DNA from: Squalus acanthias
Taxonomy: Eukaryota
Direction of reading: 5' to 3'
NCBI GenBank assembly: GCA_030390025.1
Contig: CM059432.1
Span: 23,252,001-23,316,000, forward strand
DNA length: 64,000 nt
A program made the position numbers and the translations under genes. Positions 38,835 to 50,000 of this stretch are shown piece by piece. The notes under the pieces were generated by a model. That model saw only the letters and a list, made by a program, of their open reading frames with translations, was not told where the DNA came from and did no database searches. Every line of letters begins with the position of its first letter. Positions within the stretch are counted from its first letter, which is position 1.

Positions 38835-39096
38835 GTGCCTCAAATATTCTATTCCAGGGACCCCTATGAAACACTGGCGGACAGGATATCAGGAAAAGGA
38901 CAGGCCATGGAATGACCAAAAATAATGGCCAGTCTGCAGTTAGCTATGCTCATGGGAATAGGAAATACCTTGCCTGTGTTTTGGCATTTACTTCTGTTAT
39001 GGTGGGTATGGGGTGGTGAATTTCGAGAACAATGAGAAACACTGACCCTTGGTGACGACCAAGACCATATTATATCCCTACAGGAACAGCCCAGTC

Positions 39097-39800
39097 ATGA
39101 GGCTGTTGTATTGGATGTTGATGGGGATTAATTGGACCGTCAACGGAAAGGCTAAAGGAATACGGGCAATGGCAAGGAAAAACGGGGAGAGCTGCAACAA
39201 CGGCACCCATCGGAACCAGCTGTCTTGTGTGGAGTGTTCGAACGGCCAAAAACTATGCTTTGACGGTCTTGTGGAAAGGGGTAATTGCACATGGTTAACA
39301 TGTGCAACGGATCCGAATGGAAGAAACCCACAGGGCATTCTCCTAGCCGTGACAGGAATACACCAACCATGGTCGAAGTGTACGGGCGGAGAGATCTTCG
39401 CATACGTCGGGTATTGTAACCACGTCAGTACAACATCACACCTCACATCTACCGCATTGGTTTCGACCTCACCAACGACCACACAACCAGCTACCACAAC
39501 AACCCCGAAACCCCTGGAATGCCCAGAAGCATTTCCAGGGCCAAAAGGAGGACTGGTATTAGTGGACAGTGACAAAGCATTATATAACGTGCACCATGAG
39601 ATCCTACCTGTAGTATTGAATCTGTCAGCAATATATCTCCCAGTGTGGTGTAGCCCGCAAAATCAATTATTGGACAAGACCCTTGTAAAAGGTGTTATAG
39701 ACCAAGCTGCCCAAGCATCAGGGAGGCAGAGAAGGAGGGTTAGAAGGAAAAGGGGTGTATTAGGGGATGTAGGAATGGTATTTAATACAGGGACGTCTGG
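39097..39800 (+). mobile_element. Endogenous retrovirus env fragment, truncated just after the furin site and fusion-peptide start
   Basis: Lies directly after pol. Signal-like MRLLYWMLMGINWTVNG, Cys-rich domain with N-X-S/T sites, Thr-rich linker, RRRVRRKR ending at 39753, then GVLGDVGMVFNTGTS. Candidate splice acceptor tatatccctacag ending at 39083. Confidence 0.75.
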
Positions 39801-40342
39801 CACCGAAAGGTTTATTGTGCCCCCCAGCCCTCTTGCAATCAGTTGGAGGCAACCATTAAAAGTGCCTCTAGTCGCTGCTGGCGCCTGTCACCCAAGAAGA
39901 CGTTCCCAACAACTCATGCATTAAGAGCCAGGAGTGCCACCGAAATATTTACGCAAGCTGGCTGTGCATTACCGAGCTGGGCGAGGTCAGCTCAGTAGGT
40001 CGTAAGTGGCCGGGACCCAATTCTCCGCTCCCATAATATTTGCGTTGATGGAGCAGTCCCCCATCAGTGAAGAGCATCAGAGGGATGAGCTTCAAATGGG
40101 CCAGACGACCTTTTCCTGACCTGATTCCTGGAATCTTGTCACATTTCAGATCAAGTGTTACACGGGGGTTGCTAAGCAACCTCAGAACGGCGTGTCAGTT
40201 TCAGAACGTTGAAACACACTGCTTGCTCCGGACCAGAATGGATGGTTCGGGATCCTCTTGTTGGTCTGCAAGGGGCTCTTTTCTTTAAAAAGTTTCAATT
40301 AAATTCGACATCCGCAAGGGCAAAGGGAGCCTTTGTGCCGAG

Positions 40343-41155
40343 ATGTCTGCAGGTCGGTTGAAATCGGTTCCGACCAGCCTGTCGCTTTATTCTTCCAACA
40401 GCGTTGCGGAAAAACGCTGGAAGTACAGGATCGAGGTGGACCCCAGCAACGACGGCAAAAAGAAATTGAAGCTGAAGGGCAGAGAGCTGCTCTCGCTTCC
40501 CCTGGAGATATTCGACCTGGCGGAGCTGCAAGTGCTGGAGATGAGCCCGGAACGCGAGAGCTGCCTGAATTACAGGGTGGGCATCGTCCCTCGGGAAATC
40601 GGGCAGCTGACCAACCTCACCGTGCTGAACCTGGACACCAACGAGCTGAGGGAGATCCCGCCCGAGATCGGAGCTCTGCAAAAGCTGGAACGGCTGACCC
40701 TCAGCAACAACCAACTGAGCCGCCTCCCCGCCGAGACGGAGAGGTTGCAGGAGCTGCAGAGTTTGCATTTGGCCAACAATCACTTCCAGGAGCTCCCCGT
40801 CCAGGTGTGTCGGCTCCGGCGCTTGTCCTTCTTGGACGCCAGTGACAACAAGATCGAGTCCATCCCCCACAGCATCCGCAACCTGGAGCGCTTGGAGACC
40901 TTGCTCCTGTACTTCAACGCCTTGCAGAGCCTGCCCGACTCCATCTGCACCCTCGCAAGCCTGCGCACCCTCTGGCTGGGGAAGAATCACCTCCGGAGCC
41001 TGCCCGCTCACTTCGGGCATCTGGTGAACCTCGAGTGGGGCCGCAGTCACTCTTCCTCAAACTTCGAGGACAATCCGCTGGAATCTCCCCCTCCTGAGGT
41101 ATGCAGGGGTGGCCCTGAGGAGATCAGCCGCTACTTTGCTCTGTGGGATGAATGA
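40343..41155 (+). CDS. Single-exon leucine-rich-repeat protein, 270 aa (cytoplasmic 23-aa LRR type, SHOC2/RSU1/LAP-like repeats)
   Basis: Uninterrupted ORF with about 7 LxxLxLxxNxLxxLPxxIxxLxx repeats and a C-cap NPLESPPPEVCRGG. ATG in gccgagATG context with an in-frame TAA at 40286-40288. Strong G/C-ending codon bias relative to the flanks. Confidence 0.85.
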   Translation: MSAGRLKSVPTSLSLYSSNSVAEKRWKYRIEVDPSNDGKKKLKLKGRELLSLPLEIFDLAELQVLEMSPERESCLNYRVGIVPREIGQLTNLTVLNLDTNELREIPPEIGALQKLERLTLSNNQLSRLPAETERLQELQSLHLANNHFQELPVQVCRLRRLSFLDASDNKIESIPHSIRNLERLETLLLYFNALQSLPDSICTLASLRTLWLGKNHLRSLPAHFGHLVNLEWGRSHSSSNFEDNPLESPPPEVCRGGPEEISRYFALWDE

Positions 41156-42054
41156 GGACCGAATGCCCGACTCAACAACTCTGGAAACTTTGCATCGATT
41201 ATTAATAGCATGCATGGGCTACCTACCTACACTGAACTGATAAAATCCCATCATTGTTAAATAGAGCCTACTTGGCACAGAAGAAATCGATGTCTACGAA
41301 TGGAACTGACAAAAGAGGACTGGACAAATAATCAACAGTAGTACAGCAATTGAAACCTGGAAGTTGTGCTGTCATGTCGCCCAGGGGTGTTTAATATGGT
41401 CATGTAGTTATTTGGCTAAGTCGGTCACACTCTTCGCCGTGATGCTGGGGGAGAAGTTAAACTTGCGCCTGTTTCCAGGGCAACGTGAGCCAACCGCGCG
41501 CCCATGAAGAGGCCCGAGCCAAATTCGGCATCAGGCCCTCACTTGAATTAAACCGGCAGGCGATGGACATCAGTCGACTGTCCGGCAGCTTGCCAATTGA
41601 TGCCTTCGGAATTTTGGCCCGCTCCTCACAGGTAGGGGCCGGAGGGAACGAGCCTCGGTTGGCAACCAGCGTCCTATTGTATTTCTGCACCTCCGAGCTC
41701 GGCGGAAATTAAACTATAAAAAACAATTTTCTTACCATTTTCCGGACGGCCTTTAAAAGACCGCTGGTTCGGCTGTTGAAGACAAATGGGTGGAGCATAC
41801 GCAGCACAAGCTCCGCTCATTTGACGACTAATTTTGCATCGGGTTCCTCCAACCAGCATTGGGGGCCAGATTTGTAAGCGCAAAGTGCCCAGTGCCTGTT
41901 TCAGGCAGGCCTCTAGAAGTCGCCGACTGCCAAATTACACTTACAGGGGAGATCGGATGCAGGAGGCCACAACCCAAAATTCATTACCCCCAAAGTTAAT
42001 TTTTTTGCCGCCTCCTACCATGTGTACAAGCTGTACTCGAGACTTGAGTGCACA

Positions 42055-42975
42055 GGAACATAAGTCGGCCATTCAGCATCTCAAGCCTATTCCACCATTC
42101 TATTAGATCATGGCTGATCTGTACTTTAACTCCATTTACCCGCTTTTGATCCGTATCCATTGATACCCGTACCTAATAAAAATCTAGCATTCTCCATCTT
42201 GAAAATTTCAATTGACCCAACATCCACAGCCTTTTGTGGGAGAGAATTCCTATTTCCACTAACCATTGTGTGAAAAAGAGCTTCCTGATTTCACTCCAGA
42301 ATGGCTTAGGTCTAATTTTAAGATTATACCCACCTGTTCTGAAATCACCCACTAGAAGGAATACCTTCTCTGTATCAATCCTTTTATCATTTTAAACATC
42401 TCAATTAGATCACCCCTCAACCTTCTAAACTCAAGGAACACAAGCCAGGTTTATAAAACCTGTCCTCATAATTTAACCATTTATGGTGTGGTATTATCTT
42501 GGTCATTCTTCACGGTCCCCCCTCCAAGGCCAATATATCTTCCTGTAGTGTGGTGTCCAGAACTGAACCAAGTGTTCCAGATGGGGTCTTGCCAAGACTC
42601 TGTATAACTGAAGCATAATTTCTCCCATTTTATATCCCAGCCCCCTTGAGATAAAAGCCAACATTACATTAGCTTTTTAAATTACTTTTTGTCCCTGTGC
42701 ATTGGCTTTAAGTGATTTGTGTACCTGGACACCCAAATCCCTTTGCTCCTCCTTTATAATTTTTTTTTTGATTTGTCTTTCTTTGATCCAAAGTGGATGA
42801 CCTCACAGTACATTAAACTCCATCTGCCACTGTTTTTGCCCAGTCACATAATCTGACTATGTCCCTTTGTAACTTCCTGCTGCCATCTACATGACTTACT
42901 GTGCCTCCTAATTTACTGTTATCTGCAAACTTGGTCATTGATCTATATGGTGAAAAGCTGAGGCCCCAGTATAGA
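42055..42975 (-). mobile_element. Degraded CR1 LINE 3' portion
   Basis: TKFADNSKLGG RT remnant and a CR1 3' UTR on the minus strand. Confidence 0.75.
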
Positions 42976-43009
42976 ACCCTGAAGGACACCAGGGATGTGA
43001 ATATGGACT

Positions 43010-44745
43010 TACAATAGGCACTTGATAAAGTGCCACATAATGGACTTGTTAGCAAAATTTAAGGCCATGGGATTAAAGAGGCAGTGGCAGCAAAATTGGC
43101 TAAGAGACAGAGGGGGAAAAATTCGTTTGATTTGCGCCTCCAGTTAGCGCCCTAAGAGAGGGCGCTGAGCGCAAATCAACGAGCACCCAGGCGTGGCACC
43201 ACCAACGCCTCCCGCGAAATTCAGTGGGAGGTGAGCGGCAGCGATAACCGTTAGCGCCCCGCGGCGCTGCGCCTCCAGCAATGACATCATCGCCGTGCGC
43301 AGCGCCCCGCTCGCGATCTTCGGTAGCGCCCCCTGATTTACCGCCGGACGCCATGTCCGACAGGGTCAGGGGGGCCTACCTGCTGCCGGGGTGGCGCAAA
43401 TTAAAAGGGAGGTGCTGGACGGCCATTTTTGTTGCTGGCTGCCTGCCAGCACCTGCCCCGGTTGCTGTCCCCAGCCTCCGGTGAAGCCCCCCCGCGGGCT
43501 CTTTTGCCGGCACTCCGATCCCTGGTGGCTCAGCAGGGCCCCGGGTCGCGCTGCGCTAGGCCCCACCCCTTTAACAAGGGGAGGAAGGCCTGCAGTTCCG
43601 CAGCACTGCGGCACGTAGCGCCGCGATATTCACTCGCAGCGTCCCAAGAGGGAGGCGGGGCGCTTCCAGCAGTGCCCCGCCTCCATCTTGGGGCGCTACC
43701 AGTGAATTTTGGGCGCTGGGGTGCTAACGTTTTCAGGGCGCTACTTTTAGCGCCCCGGTGAAGTTAGCGCCCCACAGGGGGCGCGACCCAATTTTACCCC
43801 CAGAGAGTAGAGAGTAACGTTGAATGGTTGTTTTTCAGACTGGAGGGAAGTATATAGTTTTGTTCCCCGGGGTCAGTATTAGGACTACTGCTCCTTTTGA
43901 TATATATTTATGATCTGTACTTGGGTATAAAGAGCATAATTTCATTGATTGCAGAAGGCACATAACTCGGGAATGTAGTAAACAGTGAGGTAGACTTCAG
44001 AAGGACATAGACTGGTGAAATTGACAGACACATGGCAGATGAAATTTAATGCAGAGAAGTGTGAACTAATGAATTTTGGAAGGAAGAATTAACATAAACT
44101 AAATGGTACAATTTTAAAGTGGCTGCAGGAACAGAGAAACCTGGGGGTTCATATACATCTTTAAAAGGTGACAGGAGAAGTTGATAAGGCTGTTAAAAAA
44201 GTACACAGGATCCTGGGCTTTATAAATGGAGGTGAAGAGTACAATAGCAGAGAAGTTATGCTAAAGCTGCTCGAGCCTGTCCACCATTCAATGCGATCAT
44301 GGCAGATATGTGACCTAACTCCATTATATGCCTTTGCCCGATATCCCTTAACACCTTTGGTTAACAAAAATCTATCAATCTCAGATTTAAAATGAACAAT
44401 TGACCTAGCATATTGTGTCCAATTCTGGGCACCACACTTTAGGAAAGATGTCAAGGCCATAGAGAGGGTACAGAGGAGATTTACTAGAATGGTTAGAGAT
44501 GAGGGACTTCAGTTATGTCGAGAGACTAGAGAAGCTGGGATTGTTCTCCTTAGGGCAGAGATGGTTAAGGGTAGATTCAACAGAGGTGTTCAAAATTATG
44601 AGGGGTTTTGATAGAGTAAATAAGGAGAAACTGTTTCCACTGGCAGGAGGGTCGGTAAAGAGCGGGGGAGTGGGACTAATTGAATAGCTCTTTCAAAGAG
44701 CCGGTACAGGCACGATGGGCCAAATCGCCTCCTTCTGTGGTGTAT
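43010..44745 (+). mobile_element. Degraded CR1 LINE interrupted by a MITE (43112-43801) and a reversed CR1 tail (~44265-44410)
   Basis: DKVPH, YCVQFWAPHFRK and RLEKLGLFSL remnants. Confidence 0.78.
43112..43801. mobile_element. Harbinger-type MITE (690 bp)
   Basis: TIR GGGGGAAAAATT / AATTTTACCCCC; TSD AGA/AGA; interrupts the CR1 sequence aaattggctaagagac[aga]gagtagagag. Confidence 0.85.
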
Positions 44746-46882
44746 GAACACCACTTGTCACTTCCCATAAATCACTACTCACATTTGGATGTTTGGTCTG
44801 GATAGGATCGAGCTTGACTATGATGCTTTCCCTGACCGAATAACCTACTGGCTCTCACTGTTTGACTTTGATGACCACCTGGACAATGTTTCAGTGGCCT
44901 ACGAATTGTAGCACAGAAATAGTCAGCACCTTAAAGTGAGGAGGGAAAGATTGGCAAAGAAAAAAAGTTTTTTAAAAAACTGCAAAGCGTGGGGGGAAAA
45001 GGAAAACCGCCCATGGGAGAGACAAGGAAAGAGTTTGAAGGGAAATTAAATTAAAATGAAGTGTTGGGGAAAAGGGTACTAAGGATTATGAACACGGACA
45101 CTTTAGGATGTTGCCTGTCTCACCTTTTACTAACAACCTCATGGTCACGTGAATTTGTATAGCTAATAAATCATTAGATCATTCTCATTTGTTGAGAACA
45201 GATCTTTTTCAGACTGCTAATCCTTAGAGCACTATGCAAAGGAAAATCTGATCAGCTCGTATCAATACCAGCCACCACTACCAGATTTAAAAAAAAACAT
45301 GGTGAACTGCTCTGAGTATTGACATTGTCAACATCTTGGAGTCGATTTTAAAGCTCCCTCACCCAGCCGGTATGGTGTGTGGGAGTGGTTAAAATCAGCT
45401 GAGCCCACACCATTCCCACCCGGCGAGATTTTATCGTCACAGCCACTGAATTCGGCTGAGCCTCCCGTCAAATCTAAAAGTCGCGGCCCAATTGGGTAAA
45501 CTGTGCCATGACCCTATTTTAACTCACAAATTCAGGAGGACTGCATGGTGCCAACCCAAACAGCTTTACCATGGCGGGAGTTTGTGAATGGCCAGAACAG
45601 GCCAAGAGAAGTTAAATAATTTTACTATTATGTGGAACCCATGTCGGCCAGAAGAAGCAGGAGATCTCCCTTGGGCCTCACAAGCAGTCCTAGCCCCGGC
45701 CTTATCTCTTCCTTCCCTGAGCGACATTGACTCTGCAACCCCCATCCCCGAGCACTTCCCTTATGCCAGGGACTGTTCCCTTGGTCCTCGCTCCCGCCAC
45801 AACTGCCATTCCCACCCATTAGCCCAGACATCGCCCCCACCAGCTTAGAGTGCGAGACAGATTTACCATTTACATGTGTTAAGATGTTAATAGAGTGAAG
45901 TAACACGTGTAAAAGATAAAGCATCTCTCCACTGCTTCCATTGTTACCCCATAAGTGGTAACAACAAAGACTGCCCCAAGCTGAGACAAGTACTTTAATA
46001 GGCTAGTCACTTGTTCCAGTTATTTTTAAAGAGGTAGATAATAAAATACAACAACAAAAATGAAATCTGTGAAATAAGAGTTTATATTTCTTGCAAAGAA
46101 TGGAGCATTATTAGGAAACCAAAGAAAACGCAACGCAGTTATTACCAATGACTCACTAGGTTTTTGTGGAAAAATGCAAGGGCAATCTACAGAATGCAGA
46201 GATAATCAGCATATTTAATGATATAGAGAGAGGTGAAATTGCTGTTTAATGAAGTTCAGGAGAATGCCTGCTTTTCCTTAATTATTGTTCTGCCAATGAG
46301 ATCGCTTAGGAACATAGGAATGTAGAAGAAAAGACCATTACGTTCCAGCTGACCGGTCCCACTGTCTAGGAAATACTGTTTCTCACAATACCCGCGAAAC
46401 AGGAGGTTTCTGAAAATATCAGGTTGTTAATTAGGGAGAAAAACGTGCATTCATTTTGTATTCATCAAAAAGAAAAATGTTACCACTGAGAATTCTGCAC
46501 TGTCAGAAAGAACAGTGTAGGAGCATAGAAGCACCACTTGGTTAAGAACAACCACTTTGAACACCTGAAATGCGGTTCTATTTGTCAACAAAGTACATTT
46601 TGTTTGGTGAATACGCTATCATAAAGTTCTTATGTCCTGAACGGTGATTTAAAACTTCAAACTTCCTCTGGCGATCAGGAATTCAAATAGACGTGGTTCA
46701 GATAGGCAGTATCAACTCCAGCAAAACTCTTGAGAAAGTGAAGCTACTGGTACCAAACAGTTTAGGATCCTGGGAATCAAGATGAAGAAATTCTTTAAAA
46801 CGCTTGGGAGTTAACTGAACCCTTGATGCAATCGGAGCTGTAGACCAAGAGGTAACTAGTCGTGACCTCGATTTGTTTTCAG

Positions 46883-47094
46883 TTATTTTGACGGTCCTTT
46901 CATATTCATAGATTTCTTGCCACTACCCATTCCCATGAAGAGGTGAGGTGGACCCATGCAGGAAGATGCATCACAGATACCAGGAAAGCCTCTGAGCCCA
47001 GGTGTGCCAGGATGTCCTTGTTCACCAGGCACGCCAATTTCACCACGGGTACCATCACGCCCATTCTTGCCAATACCGGGCAAGCCAGCATCAC
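46883..47094 (-). CDS. COL9-like terminal coding exon (...[35 protein letters not shown])
   Basis: ttgcag|GT GAT...; Cys-X4-Cys motif; TAA at 46885-46883. Confidence 0.92.
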
Positions 47095-50000
47095 CTGCAA
47101 TAGAGAGAATATGTAGTGAGATCCTTTTAGTACAGAGAGTTGCTCGTACTTGGTTTTAGTTGCCGAGTTGCCTGAAAGTGAATAGAGATGAAACTGGATC
47201 CCAAAGAAGCATTTTTTCCCCTAAATTGTGAAACCCATGTGCTGAGCCAAGCGCTATAGTGTCCGGCACCACCAAAATTGAACTAAACATGCTGGGGTAA
47301 AATTGGTCTTCAGAGTTAGTGTAGATTAAAAGAAATTTGGGTGGGGTGTAAAGCAGTCTGCCGATTCACTGTCACCCATTTTGCACGATTGCCAAAGACG
47401 AATTTCACCCCCGGCCTCTCAACGATAATGACTGGTTGCAGGCCTTGCAATTCTTGCATTTTAACATTTAATAGATTTGTAAGAAATTCCTCTCAGTCTA
47501 CCAGGTGGTATTATCCACAAAATAATTTCAAGGCCAGTGTTTTTAACATTCCGACATGGAAATGTCAGTGAAAGTAAGATAACGTTTCCACAGGTATAAA
47601 ACCACAATGACAGAAAATTCAAAATTTAATTTTTTGAGTTGCAAAAATGTTCCTTTTTTTTTAGATAAAAATGGACCAGAAGTGTTACAGATAGAAAATG
47701 CCACAAATATTTATGATTTATAATAAACATCTCCTTTTAACTTCCCTTAACATATTGTATATATGCATGAATTATGTGTTGATATACATTTAGATTAGTG
47801 TAAACTCATATTTCCACTTTTGAAAGCCCCTTATCACCATGTATCCTTTGGAAGGCTGGCTGATCACACTTCCAGACATCTAAATGATTGCTTTCTAAAC
47901 TCCGAGACTCACTCAGGACAGAAGGGACATCGGACCACAACTTCTTGCAACATCAGCAGTCGCCACAGAGGAAAACGTGTTACTTCAAAGAGAAACAAAT
48001 GGAGAAAGTTGAGGCCAATTCCTCTTTTTTGATGGTATAAGAACCCCCCCCAGTTTCCATTTAAAATCCAAGCTTGGTGTCATCAAACCACAACTTTTTG
48101 ATTCCTCCAGTATTTCCTCCTACTCTTTTCAACCTTGGTGACACTCTTTGCAGCCATGCCCAATCCTGTCCTCCCTCAACATCCACACACTTTCTAAGAG
48201 AAGAGCACATTTCCAGTTATGGAGGTAAATTTGCTAGTTAGCTGAGATTATGAGGAGTTCAGGCTCCCACGGTCTCCTGGAGTCTCGCTCAGTTGCCTCA
48301 ATCATAGAGAAAAGAATTGCACAGTTTTTATTGAATTGGTTGCAGGTTTTTTTTTATCTGTTTTTGGCCTTTCCCAGGAGATTGTGTAGTTAGTAGATGA
48401 GGGTCAACATTGTCATTGTACCACATGTCTAGATGATATAGGCTTGACATCCTGATGTTCTTTTCTTCTGTATTAAAGGTCGCTCGATAGTGATCAGCAG
48501 TAGGAACCCTGGCTGATTTCCTGCCCGCGCCGCCCCCGGCCCAACCTGGTCAAATGTGCTGAGACCAATAGTAGATTTCCTGTTGCCACTCTGGATTAGA
48601 TCATCTGATAGCACAGACTGTGTTTCAAGATTAAGAGGTCCAGATATTCTTTACTACCCCCCACCCCTCCTTGTCCAGATGTTGGACAAGTGCAGCATAC
48701 GAAAAATGCACTGTGCCTGTCCAGGCCTCAGAATGCCTGCCCCCTGGCAGGGATTTGTGACTAGAAACAGGAGCAGGAACACAGGCTTAGCTGCAGATCC
48801 GAGAGGCCTGGTGCTGCAGGACTGGCTGCCAGCCTTGGGGGCCTCAGGCAGATGTTCTCCAACAGCAGCCAGAAGGTGCTCCAGACCGAATGATTGTAGG
48901 GGAGGCTCCAAAAGCAGGTGCACTTACAGTCTCCACTCCTATCCCTCTCTAAAGCACCTGGGTAGTGAGCATTCCTATACGGGGTCAGATCTGCTATCAC
49001 TTCCGGTGTACAGAAATAACAATAAAAGCTCATGGGGAAAGGCTGCAGATAAGAGCCCTTATATGCAGCAGAAGAGACCAACTGATCAATATGGTTCACC
49101 TGTAGGACCAAACTCTTAAAGGAACAGTCTCCATTGTGGTTTCCCCCACATGATGGTCAGCTATTTTTGTAAACTACGGTTGATCAAATGAGGATGTGTG
49201 ACAAAATGGATTTTTGTCTGTGCTGAGTCACTTATCTTGTATTTTTGAATTGCAAGAATGAACATGTAGCTATCACACCGGATATTTCTCAAAGGAAAAC
49301 ACGTCAGATATATCTAAGGACAATAATTAATTCCAGGAGTCAATTGGCTAATCTTGTTGCAATCGGTCCCTAAGTCACGTTAACATTTAACCTAGATATG
49401 GAGCAGGAAAAGGCGCATTCTGGATCCTAGAGGATGTGAGGTCTGCTTAGGGGAATAACTGGTTACGGTGAATCAGAGAAAATATCTCATGTGACCAGAA
49501 GAATAATGAACATTAAAAATATTAACACAAGACTTTTTCTAGGCTCACAGCAAACTTCCAGCCACCTGCTTTACTGCACCTGCAAGTCAAATCTAAGGGG
49601 ATTTCTTGAGTTGTGTTTCTCATTGTTTTATCAGCTTAGAATCATGTCTTGTGGTGTGTAAATCCTGTTTATCTATTCTGCTTTGTGATCTGAACACTTG
49701 AATCACATGCACCCAATGATCCAAGGTTTATCTGATGAGATTAGAGCTCTCCTGTTGACTATAATGAAAAGGAGACCTGATTGAGATCTGAGCTCTCCTT
49801 AATAGAATGGAGTTTCCTCATGGACCATTTTTCACTCGAATGAAAGGATTGTAATAACAGAATTTGTAACACTGAGGTTTCCTGTATTAAGTGTTTACCG
49901 GGCGGTCCTTGTGGTCCTGGTGATCCACGTAGTCCTATTCCTTCTTCTCCCTTCTCACCCTTTTCGCCTGGTGTACCTGTCATGCAGAAAGTCAGAGTTC

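Noticed and set aside
39800..39924. C-terminal part of the 291-aa env ORF
   Set aside because: Sequence character changes after ...FNTGTS; it looks like read-through into unrelated DNA, with no heptad repeat or TM anchor.
40295..41050. 251-aa antisense ORF (and the 170-aa alternative-frame ORF at 40333-40845) over the LRR gene
   Set aside because: Expected shadow of GC3-rich, Leu-rich coding sequence; no independent motifs.
37660..42050. LTRs flanking the ERV/LRR block
   Set aside because: No direct repeat, TG...CA pair, PBS or convincing PPT found by eye.
48556..49119. 187-aa ORF, and similar ORFs at 50221-51056, in COL9-like introns
   Set aside because: No motifs, codon bias or splice support; probably unclassified repeat remnants.
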